From Archangium sp. (GTDB taxonomy: Bacteria; Myxococcota; Myxococcia; Myxococcales; Myxococcaceae): 47,692 nucleotides of DNA. This document shows positions 8,680 to 17,107 of this stretch, one piece after another. Both the position numbers and the translations under genes were made by a program. Location of the stretch: NCBI GenBank assembly GCA_043758715.1, contig JAYVNA010000141.1, positions 1 to 47,692 on the forward strand, read 5' to 3'. Below the pieces are notes generated by a model, which was not told where the DNA came from, searched no databases, and saw nothing but the letters and a program-made list of their open reading frames with translations. The stretch's first letter is position 1. Each line of letters opens with the position of its first letter.

Positions 8680-9498
8680 GTGGACGACCTCAACCGACTG
8701 GAGAAATCGCTCCTGCAGCACGTCGGCAAGGCCGTGCACGACTTCTCCCTCATCGAGCCGGGCGACCGCATCATGGTGGCCATTTCAGGGGGAAAAGACT
8801 CGTACACCATGCTCCACCTGCTGCGGCTCTTACAGCGGCGGGCCCCGGTGAAATTTGACCTCATTGCCGTCAACCTCGACCAGGGCCACCCGGGCTTCCC
8901 TGCCCAGATGCTGGAGAGCTGGCTGCAGGAGAACGGGTACACCTACAAGCTGCTGAAGGAAGACACCTACAGCATCGTGCTGGACAAGCTCAAACCCGGC
9001 GTCACCCAGTGCAGCCTCTGTTCCCGGCTGCGGCGCGGCATCCTCTACAACGCGGCGGTCGACCTGGGTTGCACCAAGATCGCTCTGGGCCACCACCGCG
9101 ACGATCTCATTCACACCCTGCTGCTCAACCAGTTTTTCGCCGGCAAGACCGCCACCATGCCGCCGAAGCTGCACAGCGACGACGGCCGGAACACCCTCAT
9201 TCGCCCGCTGGCCTACGCTCCCGAGACCGAGATCGCCCGCTTCGCCGAGCTGATGAAGTTCCCCATCATTCCGTGCGACCTGTGCGGCTCGCAGGAAAAC
9301 CTCCAGCGCCAGCGGATCAAGCGGCTGGTCGACGACCTCTCGAAAGAAATTCCCATGGTGCGGAGCTCGCTTTTGTCCGCCATGGGCAACCTGCATTTGA
9401 GCCACCTGCTCGACCAGAAGCTCTGGTCGGCGCCGACCGACGCCCTTGCGCCGGCCCCGCTGGTGAAGCTCCAGACGGAGACGACCGATGCCGCGTAA
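8680..9498 (+). CDS. ttcA: tRNA 2-thiocytidine(32) synthetase TtcA
   Basis: Near-colinear with E. coli TtcA as I recall it: GDRIMVAISGGKDSYTML, CSLCSRLRRGILY, IALGHHRDD, IIPCDLCGSQENLQRQ. The track starts at TTG 8626. I prefer GTG 8680, which is preceded by GGAG. Confidence 0.9.
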   Translation: MDDLNRLEKSLLQHVGKAVHDFSLIEPGDRIMVAISGGKDSYTMLHLLRLLQRRAPVKFDLIAVNLDQGHPGFPAQMLESWLQENGYTYKLLKEDTYSIVLDKLKPGVTQCSLCSRLRRGILYNAAVDLGCTKIALGHHRDDLIHTLLLNQFFAGKTATMPPKLHSDDGRNTLIRPLAYAPETEIARFAELMKFPIIPCDLCGSQENLQRQRIKRLVDDLSKEIPMVRSSLLSAMGNLHLSHLLDQKLWSAPTDALAPAPLVKLQTETTDAA

Positions 9499-10312
9499 CG
9501 CCCTGACCCAGGCCCGAACGGATCGAAACGCTGCCCTGCTCGACACCATGGTGCTGGCCGCCAGCGCCGACGGGAGGATCAGCCCCGACGAGCTCAAGGA
9601 AGTGCTCAGCCTCATCATCGAACGCCCGGAGTTCGAAGGGGTGCGAGCGCAGGAACTCTCGGCGATGGTGGAGGCTTCGGCCAAGCGCCTCTCGAACGGC
9701 CGCTCGCTCGAAGACCTGCTGCACGGCATCAAGGAACGGCTGCCCAACCACCGCAACCGCCTGCTCGCTTTCGGGCTGGCCACCGCGGTGGCGCTCGCCG
9801 ATCGCAACGCCACCCGCGAAGAGCTGGGCCTGCTCAAGACCTTCCAGGCGTCGCTGGGGCTGACCGAAGAAGAAGTCTCGAAGGTCTTCGTCAACGTCGA
9901 GGCCGGTGAGTCGCTCGCGGAGGTGCTGGGCGAGCCGCTCGAACAGCTCTACGCCGAGACCATGGTGCTGGTGTCGGCCGCCGACGGTGAAGTTCGCCAG
10001 CACGAGCTGAGCGCGATGATGGAAAACCTCGCCGGCGACCCGGTGTTTCAAGAAGCGTCGCTGGAATCGGCCAACCAGTACCTGCGTGAAGCGGTGACGA
10101 ACCTGAGCACCGAGGGGCTGCCCCAGCGCCTGACGGTGCTCGCGCACGGGCTCTCCACGCACGCGCAGCGGGCCAAGGCCTTCCGTCTCGCGGTGCGCAT
10201 CGCCTACGCCAGTGGCAAGCCCTCACCCGCCGAGCTGCGCATTCTCGATCTGCTGCAGGCCACCTTCGGGTTGGCCGACGATGAAGTCGCTCGCATCACG
10301 GTGGAGAGCTGA
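9488..10312 (+). CDS. TerB-like (tellurite-resistance TerB / DjlA N-domain fold) protein with two tandem domains
   Basis: There are two repeats of the pattern hydrophobic-AADG-x-I/V-x2-E/HE (LAASADGRISPDELKEV and VSAADGEVRQHELSAM). The start overlaps the ttcA stop by 11 nt. Confidence 0.65.
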   Translation: MPRNALTQARTDRNAALLDTMVLAASADGRISPDELKEVLSLIIERPEFEGVRAQELSAMVEASAKRLSNGRSLEDLLHGIKERLPNHRNRLLAFGLATAVALADRNATREELGLLKTFQASLGLTEEEVSKVFVNVEAGESLAEVLGEPLEQLYAETMVLVSAADGEVRQHELSAMMENLAGDPVFQEASLESANQYLREAVTNLSTEGLPQRLTVLAHGLSTHAQRAKAFRLAVRIAYASGKPSPAELRILDLLQATFGLADDEVARITVES

Positions 10313-10313
10313 C

Positions 10314-11123
10314 GTGACCTCGAAGCCCCCCCGCACCCACGTTCGTTTCGCGATGCCGTCCTCTCTGGGCAAAGACATCGACGCGCGCGCGCAGCAGTTG
10401 AAAGAGCACCTCACCGGCGCGTTGGGCCGCGAGACCGAGGTGGTGTTGCCGGCGACGTATGAGCAGCTGGCGCGCGAGCTGTTGTCGGGCAAGGTCGACG
10501 CGGCGTGGGCGCCTCCGTTCGTATGCGCGCGCATCGAGGCGATGGGCGTGCGGGTGCTGGTGCGCGGGGTGCGTGACGGGGCTTCGGCCTACCGCTCGGC
10601 GATCCTCACGCGCAAAGACAGCAACGTCACCCTCGATACCCTCAAGGGCACCACCGCGGCGTGGAGCGATCGCGACTCGGTCGGCGGCTTCCTCCTGCCG
10701 ATGGCCTTTCTACGGGAGCGCGGGCTCGACCCGGCCAAGACCTTCCACGCGCAGGACTTCGTGGGCAATTACCGCAACGCGCTCGAAGCCGTGCTCGATG
10801 GGAAGGCCGACGTCACCAGCATCTTCGCGCCGGCCGCCAAAGAAGGCGCTCCCGCGGCGACCGGCCTCGCGCAGCTGTGGCCCGAGAAGGAAAGCGCCTT
10901 TCGCGTGCTGGGGTTCACCGAAGAAGCGCCGAACGATGGTGTGGCGGTCTCGATGGGCACAGCGTCAGCGACGGTGACCGAGCTCGAGAAGACGCTGCTC
11001 TCGTTGCACCTGACGCCCGCGGGCGCGGCGGTGCTCAAAGACTGCTTTCACGCCGACAAGTTCGAGCTGGCGCCGCGCATGGGCTACCGCGCGCTGTACC
11101 GGGTCGCACTGGCGAGCCTGTGA
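10314..11123 (+). CDS. PhnD-like (phosphate/phosphonate ABC-type) substrate-binding domain protein with no obvious signal peptide
   Basis: GTG 10314 lies 1 nt after the upstream stop, with GGAGAG upstream. The track start at 10212 would overlap the TerB-like gene by 100 nt. PBP type-2 pattern: VRFAMPSS, YEQLARELLSGKVDAAW, YRSAILTRKDS, LKGTTAAWSDRDSVGGFLLP. Confidence 0.75.
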   Translation: MTSKPPRTHVRFAMPSSLGKDIDARAQQLKEHLTGALGRETEVVLPATYEQLARELLSGKVDAAWAPPFVCARIEAMGVRVLVRGVRDGASAYRSAILTRKDSNVTLDTLKGTTAAWSDRDSVGGFLLPMAFLRERGLDPAKTFHAQDFVGNYRNALEAVLDGKADVTSIFAPAAKEGAPAATGLAQLWPEKESAFRVLGFTEEAPNDGVAVSMGTASATVTELEKTLLSLHLTPAGAAVLKDCFHADKFELAPRMGYRALYRVALASL

Positions 11124-11209
11124 AGGAGGCCCTCGGCGCGTTGCTCGGCACGCTTTCGCCTCCGGTCCGCCCGGAAGGCGCAGCGATCAGGAACGCGGTC
11201 GCCCGCAGC

Positions 11210-11340
11210 TGACGCCCGGCGCGGCGGTGCTCACAGACTGTTTCCGCGCCGAGGAGTGAAGCGGGAGGTTGACGCTTCACTGGTGAACAAGTTCGGGCCG
11301 GCCCCACGCATGGGATCCAGCACGTCTACCGGGTCGCCCC
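11210..11340 (+). pseudogene. degenerate duplicate of the 3' end of the PhnD-like gene, interrupted by a hairpin-forming insertion
   Basis: Bases 11210-11340 align by eye with 11011-11107 (tgacgccc..gcgcggcggtgctcaNagactg..aagttcg..cgcatggg..taccgggtcgc). The copy hits TGA at 11256. It also carries a roughly 35 nt insert with the inverted repeat gtgaagcg (11256-11263) / cgcttcac (11273-11280). Confidence 0.6.
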
Positions 11341-11413
11341 GGCGCGCAGCCTGAAGAGCCGGCTCGGGGCCGTCAATGACGTGCCCGCGCGCCCTCGAGG
11401 TCGCATTTGAGAG

Positions 11414-12529
11414 GTGATGACTTCCGACCTCGATCCCCGCCTTGAACGCCGCGAAACCGACGAAAGCCTCAGAGACGAGCGTGAGAGGACCGACGACGAA
11501 CTGCGCCGCAGAGAGACCTCCCTGGGAAAGGTCACCGACGCCGTCGTGGATAAGGCGCAGCTGCGCGCGCGCGACAAGCTCGAGGTGGCTCGCCACCGGG
11601 AAGACGAAAAGCGGCAGCGAGACAATCCCCCGAAACGCGACGAAGGGACGCTTGGGCGTCAGCGCGCGCAGGAGGACAAAGTGCTCGCAAGCGAGGAGGT
11701 GACGTTCAAGGACGCCGTACTGGCCGAGAGCCGGGACCGGACCCGCGCTCTGTCGCAGTTACTGCGCCTCGAACGTGAACGAACCGACGAGCGACTCCTG
11801 ATTGAGCGAGCCCGCGGCGATGCCGGCATGCTGGCCCGAGACGACTTCATGGGCATGGCCACCCATGATCTGCGAACGTTGCTCGGCGCCATCGCGCTCA
11901 CCCTGGAGACGCAGGCGCGGAGCAGACCCCCGACTGACGACGCCACCGCCCAGCGGGAGCTGAGGACCTCCCAACGGCTGCAGCACCTCACCGCGCGAAT
12001 GAACCGGCTCATCGGCGATCTGGTCGATGTCTCGGCCATCGAGGCGGGCCGCTTCACGGTGACGCCGGCAAACCACGAACTCGCGGCGCTCCTCCACGGG
12101 TCGATGGAGGCCTTCATGCCCGCGGCGGTGGCGAAGGGAGTCGTGCTCAGGACGAGTGGCATCGCGGCCGGGCTCAGCGCGACCTTCGATGACGAGCGCA
12201 TTCTGCAGGTGCTCGCGAACCTGATCAGCAATGCCATCAAGTTCACCCCCCGGGGAGGGGAAGTGACCCTTGGGCTCGAGGAGGTGGAAGGCGCGCTTCG
12301 CTTTGCCGTCGCGGATACCGGGCCGGGCATCGCGCAGGAGCACCTCGAGGCCATCTTCGAGCGGTTTTGGCAGGTCAAGGAAGGCGATCGTCGCGGCCGC
12401 GGGCTCGGTCTGTTCATCAGCAGGCGCATCGTCGAAGCGCACGGCGGCCTCATCTGGGCCCAGAGTGAAGAGGGGCGGGGCAGCACTTTCTTCTTCACGT
12501 TGCCGCCCGCGTCGAACGCGGCGATGTGA
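11414..12529 (+). CDS. soluble sensor histidine kinase (HisKA plus HATPase_c) with a highly charged N-terminal region
   Basis: H-box MATHDLRTLLGAI, N-box LISNAIKFTPRGGEV, G1 DTGPGI, G2 GRGLGLFISRRIVEAHGG. I see no TM segment and no adjacent response regulator. Confidence 0.9.
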   Translation: MMTSDLDPRLERRETDESLRDERERTDDELRRRETSLGKVTDAVVDKAQLRARDKLEVARHREDEKRQRDNPPKRDEGTLGRQRAQEDKVLASEEVTFKDAVLAESRDRTRALSQLLRLERERTDERLLIERARGDAGMLARDDFMGMATHDLRTLLGAIALTLETQARSRPPTDDATAQRELRTSQRLQHLTARMNRLIGDLVDVSAIEAGRFTVTPANHELAALLHGSMEAFMPAAVAKGVVLRTSGIAAGLSATFDDERILQVLANLISNAIKFTPRGGEVTLGLEEVEGALRFAVADTGPGIAQEHLEAIFERFWQVKEGDRRGRGLGLFISRRIVEAHGGLIWAQSEEGRGSTFFFTLPPASNAAM

Positions 12530-12541
12530 GGCCCGCTTGCG

Positions 12542-14518
12542 TCAGCGCGGTGGTTCGGCAGCAAGCACCTCGCGCAGCGCCGCGAAGTCTTCGGGCCGCG
12601 CGGCGGCAAAGCCGGTGATGCGCTCCATCGTCAGCGCGTTCGCGGCCGGAGGCTTGTACGAGAGCAACGCGCGTTGCAGCGCCTCGATTTCTGCCCTCGA
12701 AACACCCGCCCCCGCCACCATCGCGTCTTGCGGGGAGCGCCCGGTGACGGCCACCTGCCGCAGCGAGGTGACGTCGACGCCCTGGGTGACGGCGCTCGCG
12801 AACGCGCCCGAGTAGGTGCCGCCGGCTTCACACTTGTGCTCGAGCAGATCGCGCAGCACCTGCAGGTGATTGCCGCTGAGCACCACCGTGATGTCCTTCT
12901 CCCAATCAAGACCGGCCTTCTGCATCGCCAGCCGGGGAAAGAGCGCGCCCGTCGTCGACTCGAGATCGGGCACGCACAGGGTCTTGCCCTTGAGGTCGGC
13001 CACGGTGGTGACCTTCGAGTCTTCGGCGACGAGCAGCACCCCGTCGGTGCCGGAGCTGCCTCCCACCACCTTCACCGCCAGCGTGCTGATGCGCGGATCT
13101 TTGAGCTGGGTGCGAACGAAGAGCGCGGGGGGCAGTGAAGCGAACGGCACCCCGCCGTCGAGCAATTGGCCTGCGAGGTCGTGGTAGTTGCCCGCGTAGG
13201 CGAACTGAACGGGGCGCCCCGTTTGCGACTCGAGGTGAAGGCGGAGCGGCTCGAGATCCTGCGCCATCACCGCCGAGTCCAGAATCGGAGGCCAGGCGAC
13301 GCGCAGCACCGCGCCACTTTTTCTGAGCACCAACCACCCCGCCGTCGCGCCGATGAACAGCGCCGCCACCGCCACCAGGCTCGCCAGCCGCACCTGAGCG
13401 GCGGGCAGACCCAAACGTCTCGAGGCGCGGGCGGTCAACGAGGCCCGCGGCATCGTTTCGCTGCGGCTGACGATGCGTTCCTTCACCCGCTCGGGCACCG
13501 CCGCCGGCTGAAAGCCATCACGCTTGGCGCGTTCGACGGCGCTCCTGACCGTGACCTCGTGCGCCTCGAGCGCGCGCCCCATCACTTCCGAGACGAAGGC
13601 CCCCACCTCGTCGGGGCCGTGCTTGAGCCCGGAGGCCTCGGCCGCGGCTTCCAGCTCGCGTCGCAGCACGTCGGCGGTGGGCTGACGCTGCGAGGGATCG
13701 ACGTGCAGCGCCTTCATCACCACCGCGGAGATCGCCGCCGGCACGTCCTCCCGGAAATCGCTCGGCGGCCAGGCATCGCCCGAGGTGATCGCCTGCATGG
13801 TGGCCAGCTCGTTGTCGCGCTTGAACAGGCGCTTCGAAGTGAACAATTCCCACGCGACGATGCCGAGCGCGAAGACGTCGCTGCGGCGGTCGAGCCGGGT
13901 TTGCAGCACCTGCTCGGGCGACATGTAGTGCACCTTGCCCTTGAGCGCGCCGGTGCGGGTGGTGTCGATGCCCAGCTCGGTGGCCTTCGCGATGCCGAAG
14001 TCGAGCAGCTTCACGTGACCTGCGCGCGTCACCATCAGGTTGTGCGGCGAGATGTCGCGGTGCACCAGGCCCAGGGGCTTGCCGTCGGGGTCCGTCAGCT
14101 CGTGAGCGGCGTGCGCGCCCGCGCAGGACTGAGCGACCAGGCCCACCACCACGCCCAGGGGAATCGGCTTCTCGCTCTCGACCACCGTGCGCACCAGGTC
14201 GCGGAAGCTCGCGCCCAGCACGTGTTCCATCGCGATGAACGCCGAGCCTTCGGCCTCACCCAGCTCGTGAATCTGCACGATGTTGGGGTGATTGAGCCGC
14301 GCGACGAAGCGGGCTTCCTGCAGGAACATCTCGCGAAAGGAACGCTTCGCCGCGAGGTGCGGCAGCGCGCGCTTGATCACCACCAGCCGCTCGAAACGAT
14401 GCGCCCCGCGTTCGAGCGCGAGGAAGATCTCCGCCATGCCGCCCACGTCGAGCCGGTACACGAGCTCGAAGCGGCCCAGGGTCACACGCGGAGAATCGGG
14501 GGAAAGCGGGTCAGCCAT
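12542..14518 (-). CDS. Ser/Thr protein kinase with one TM helix and an extracytoplasmic PhnD-like substrate-binding domain
   Basis: Hanks kinase motifs are present: GGMAEIF, VVIKR, HRDISPHNLM, DFGIAK, YMSPEQ. A TM segment (LVAVAALFIGATAGWLVL) follows. The C-terminal domain is related to the stand-alone PhnD-like protein (LRVAWPP..YHDLAGQLLDGGVPFASLPP..LKGKTLCVPDLESTTGALFP). Confidence 0.9.
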   Translation of the reverse strand: MADPLSPDSPRVTLGRFELVYRLDVGGMAEIFLALERGAHRFERLVVIKRALPHLAAKRSFREMFLQEARFVARLNHPNIVQIHELGEAEGSAFIAMEHVLGASFRDLVRTVVESEKPIPLGVVVGLVAQSCAGAHAAHELTDPDGKPLGLVHRDISPHNLMVTRAGHVKLLDFGIAKATELGIDTTRTGALKGKVHYMSPEQVLQTRLDRRSDVFALGIVAWELFTSKRLFKRDNELATMQAITSGDAWPPSDFREDVPAAISAVVMKALHVDPSQRQPTADVLRRELEAAAEASGLKHGPDEVGAFVSEVMGRALEAHEVTVRSAVERAKRDGFQPAAVPERVKERIVSRSETMPRASLTARASRRLGLPAAQVRLASLVAVAALFIGATAGWLVLRKSGAVLRVAWPPILDSAVMAQDLEPLRLHLESQTGRPVQFAYAGNYHDLAGQLLDGGVPFASLPPALFVRTQLKDPRISTLAVKVVGGSSGTDGVLLVAEDSKVTTVADLKGKTLCVPDLESTTGALFPRLAMQKAGLDWEKDITVVLSGNHLQVLRDLLEHKCEAGGTYSGAFASAVTQGVDVTSLRQVAVTGRSPQDAMVAGAGVSRAEIEALQRALLSYKPPAANALTMERITGFAAARPEDFAALREVLAAEPPR

Positions 14519-14569
14519 CGGGACGGCCGCAGCGTACGCGCAGCCGTGCCGTCGAGGGAGAAACGCGCG

Positions 14570-15040
14570 TCAGCGCGAGGCGAGGAAGCTGGCCGGCACG
14601 ACTGGGCTGCACTGGAAACCCACGCCCGAAGGCAGCTTCGAGCAGGGCTCTTCTTCCAGGAAGAACGCCGGCGTCATCAACATCGAAGACTCGAGCGTCT
14701 CATCGCCGCGCGTACCGTCAGCTGACAGCGATGCACGGGGCGCGGCGTTGCCCACCATGAACACCAGCGCAGCGGCGGCGGCCATCGCAACCAAAACGCG
14801 CGGCCAGGCCCGGGGCGGCGGCTGCAGCCCACTGCGGGTGGCCACGCCCTTCCACAGCTGGGCGACTTCGTCCCGGCCCGCACGCTGACGGAACATCGCC
14901 GACTCGCTCTCGAGCCAGTTGAGCTCGTGGCGGCACCGCGCACAGCTCCTGGTGTGGGCGCGCAGCTCGGCGGTCAGGGCGGAAGAAGCCTCTCCCATGG
15001 CGACCGCTTCGAGGTGGGCAGTTCGTCCGCAACGCGTCAT
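14570..15040 (-). CDS. zf-HC2 type anti-sigma factor, single TM
   Basis: It carries the H-x3-C-x2-C motif (HTRSCARC) near the N-terminus and a central TM segment (VLVAMAAAAALVFMV). It sits immediately downstream of an ECF sigma gene. Confidence 0.7.
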   Translation of the reverse strand: MTRCGRTAHLEAVAMGEASSALTAELRAHTRSCARCRHELNWLESESAMFRQRAGRDEVAQLWKGVATRSGLQPPPRAWPRVLVAMAAAAALVFMVGNAAPRASLSADGTRGDETLESSMLMTPAFFLEEEPCSKLPSGVGFQCSPVVPASFLASR

Positions 15041-15122
15041 TGAGCGACCCCGTCAGCAGCGGAACGCTGCGCGAGACAAACTGAAGCGAAGCGGAGGTTT
15101 GGCCGAGGTGGAGCGACCCAGT

Positions 15123-15734
15123 TCATGGACGTTCTCCGGTCAAGTGAGGCAGCAGGTGAGCGCGCAGCTTGAGACGCGCGCGGTGAATCTCGTTTTTCAC
15201 GGTGGGAATCGACCAGCCGAAGGCGGCGGCGATGTCCTCGTAGGCGAGCCCGTGGTCGAGGCGCATCAGCAGCGCCGCGCGGCGATTCTCGGACAAGGTG
15301 GAAATCGCCTCGGTGAAGTGTTTCTCGAGCTCGGCATCGAGCAGCACCCGCTCGGGATCAGGCGAAGGAATCACCGCGGTCGGCGTGCTGTCGTCATCGT
15401 CATCGAGCACGTCGTGCTGCCGCACCCGCATCGCCTCGAAGGCCACATTGCGCCCGATGCCGAGGATCCACGGCTTGAAGCGGTCGCGATCGGTCAACTT
15501 CGCCAGCTGGGCGTGGGCGCGCGCGAAGGTCTCCTGGGTGGCGTCATCGGCGTGATCGCCCTGGCGCAGCAGGTCTCGCAAGAAGCGCCGCACCGCCACC
15601 ACGTGCCGCTCGAACAACGCCTTGAAGGCGGCCGATTCGCCGTTTTGCGCACGCCGCACCAACGCCTCATCGGGCGTCTCGGGCGTGATGGCAGGGGTTC
15701 GTTGAAGGAGGCGAAGCACGGACACGTTCACCAT
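15123..15734 (-). CDS. ECF (sigma-70 family group 4) RNA polymerase sigma factor
   Basis: Region 2 (AFKALFERHVVAVRRFLRDLL..DATQETFARAH..FKPWILGIGRNVAFEAMR) and region 4 (LSENRRAALLMRLDHGLAYEDIAAAFGWSIPTVKNEIHRARLKLR). Confidence 0.9.
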   Translation of the reverse strand: MVNVSVLRLLQRTPAITPETPDEALVRRAQNGESAAFKALFERHVVAVRRFLRDLLRQGDHADDATQETFARAHAQLAKLTDRDRFKPWILGIGRNVAFEAMRVRQHDVLDDDDDSTPTAVIPSPDPERVLLDAELEKHFTEAISTLSENRRAALLMRLDHGLAYEDIAAAFGWSIPTVKNEIHRARLKLRAHLLPHLTGERP

Positions 15735-15790
15735 GCGCCTCGAGGGCTTCTGGTTTCAACCGTTTCGCAACCCCCTGACTTCAGGGCGTT

Positions 15791-17107
15791 TCAGGCGACC
15801 GCGACCACCCGATTTCGCCCCGTCAGCCCAGCGTCGGAGCGGGCGGAATCGGCGCGGTCCCATGCGGCCTCGATCGTCTCGTCACCCAGGCGAATCGAGG
15901 TGACGCCGATGGAGACCGTCCCGGAAACAGGCGTCTCACTCAAAATCGAGAAGGCGGTCGCGGCGAAATCGACCCGCAGCGCCTCCGCGCGTTCGCGAGC
16001 CGCTTCGAGATCAGCACCCGACAGCGCAACGACGAAGTCCTGGCCCTCGCAGCGGCAGGCGAGGTCAGCGCCTCGGAGGATCTTCCGGATCGCACCTGCC
16101 AGCGCGATCAACCCGGCGTCGCCGACCGCCCGGCCGTGTGTCTCGTTGACCTGCTTGAAGTGATCGAGGTTTATCGCCAGTAAAGAGATCGGCTCCTGGT
16201 GGCGCACGGCGGCGACGAGGTCGCGGCTGAGCGTCTCCTGAAAAGAGCGGCGGCTGGAAAGCTCGGTGAGCGGGTCGCGCGGGGCGCCTTCGCGCAGCTG
16301 CACCTTGAGCAGCTCGACCTCCGCCACCCTCAGCACGAGCTCGGCACGCGCGCGCTCCAACGCCTCGTCGGCGCGGCGGCGATCGGTGATGTCCTGTTTG
16401 ATCGCGACGAAGTGGGTGATCCGGTGGTCGTCGTTCACCACCGGGGCGATCGACTGCTCCTCCTGGTAGAGCGTGCCGTCCTTGCGGCGATTGATGATCG
16501 TGCCCGTCCAGGTCGCGCCCGAAAGCACCGTGTTCCACAGCTCGGCGTAGAACTCCGGGCCGTGGGCGCCTGACTTGAGCGTGCGCGAGTGCTTGCCGAC
16601 CAGCTCCTGCTCCGCGTAGCCGGTGATGCGGCACGCCGCGGGGTTGAGCCAGGTGATCACCCCGAGACGATCGGTGATCACCACGCCGTTGGCCGCCGAA
16701 CGCAGCGCGGTCGCCTGCACCCTCAACAGGCTGCCCTGCATTTCCCGGCTCGTCATGTCGCGCGCGGAGGCGGCCACCCAACGCCGGCCTCCGTGCTCGA
16801 GCGGCGTCAACGCGATGTCGACGGGGACCTCGCGCCCACTCTTGTGCAGCGCCGTCAACGGGAGCCCCGCACCCATCGCGCGCGCCCGCGGCTCTATCCC
16901 ATACGCCTCGCGGTGCTCTTCGTGTCCCTCGAAACGATCGGGCACCAGCAGCTCGATTCGTTGCCCCTCGAGCTCGAAGGGCAGGTAGCCGAACAACTGC
17001 AGGCAGGCGTCGTTCGCCAGGCGGATCACGCCGGTCTCGTCGGCGATCACCACCGCGTCAGACGAGCTCGTGAACAGCGAGTGGAACAGCTCGCCGGATC
17101 CGTTCAT
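15791..17107 (-). CDS. PAS-PAS-GGDEF domain protein with degenerate A-site (EGQDF) and retained RxxD I-site
   Basis: Two PAS modules are present (VVIADETGVIRLANDACLQLFGY; VVITDRLGVITWLNPAACRITGY). The GGDEF domain shows DPLTELSSRRSF, LDHFKQVNETHGRAVGD and RGADLACRCEGQDF. The start ATG shares one base with the stop of the upstream M20 gene (TGATG). Confidence 0.9.
   Translation of the reverse strand: MNGSGELFHSLFTSSSDAVVIADETGVIRLANDACLQLFGYLPFELEGQRIELLVPDRFEGHEEHREAYGIEPRARAMGAGLPLTALHKSGREVPVDIALTPLEHGGRRWVAASARDMTSREMQGSLLRVQATALRSAANGVVITDRLGVITWLNPAACRITGYAEQELVGKHSRTLKSGAHGPEFYAELWNTVLSGATWTGTIINRRKDGTLYQEEQSIAPVVNDDHRITHFVAIKQDITDRRRADEALERARAELVLRVAEVELLKVQLREGAPRDPLTELSSRRSFQETLSRDLVAAVRHQEPISLLAINLDHFKQVNETHGRAVGDAGLIALAGAIRKILRGADLACRCEGQDFVVALSGADLEAARERAEALRVDFAATAFSILSETPVSGTVSIGVTSIRLGDETIEAAWDRADSARSDAGLTGRNRVVAVA

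Noticed and set aside
15735-15790. Possible autoregulated ECF promoter (several GAAAC motifs) upstream of the sigma factor gene
   Set aside because: I could not find a convincing -10 CGT-type element at the right spacing from any GAAAC. The region is only 56 bp after the upstream gene, so co-transcription is equally likely.
13166-16163. Long plus-strand ORFs 13166..14725 (519 aa) and 14919..16163 (414 aa)
   Set aside because: They are antisense shadows of the kinase, anti-sigma, sigma and GGDEF genes. Their composition (R, H, G, A runs) is not protein-like.
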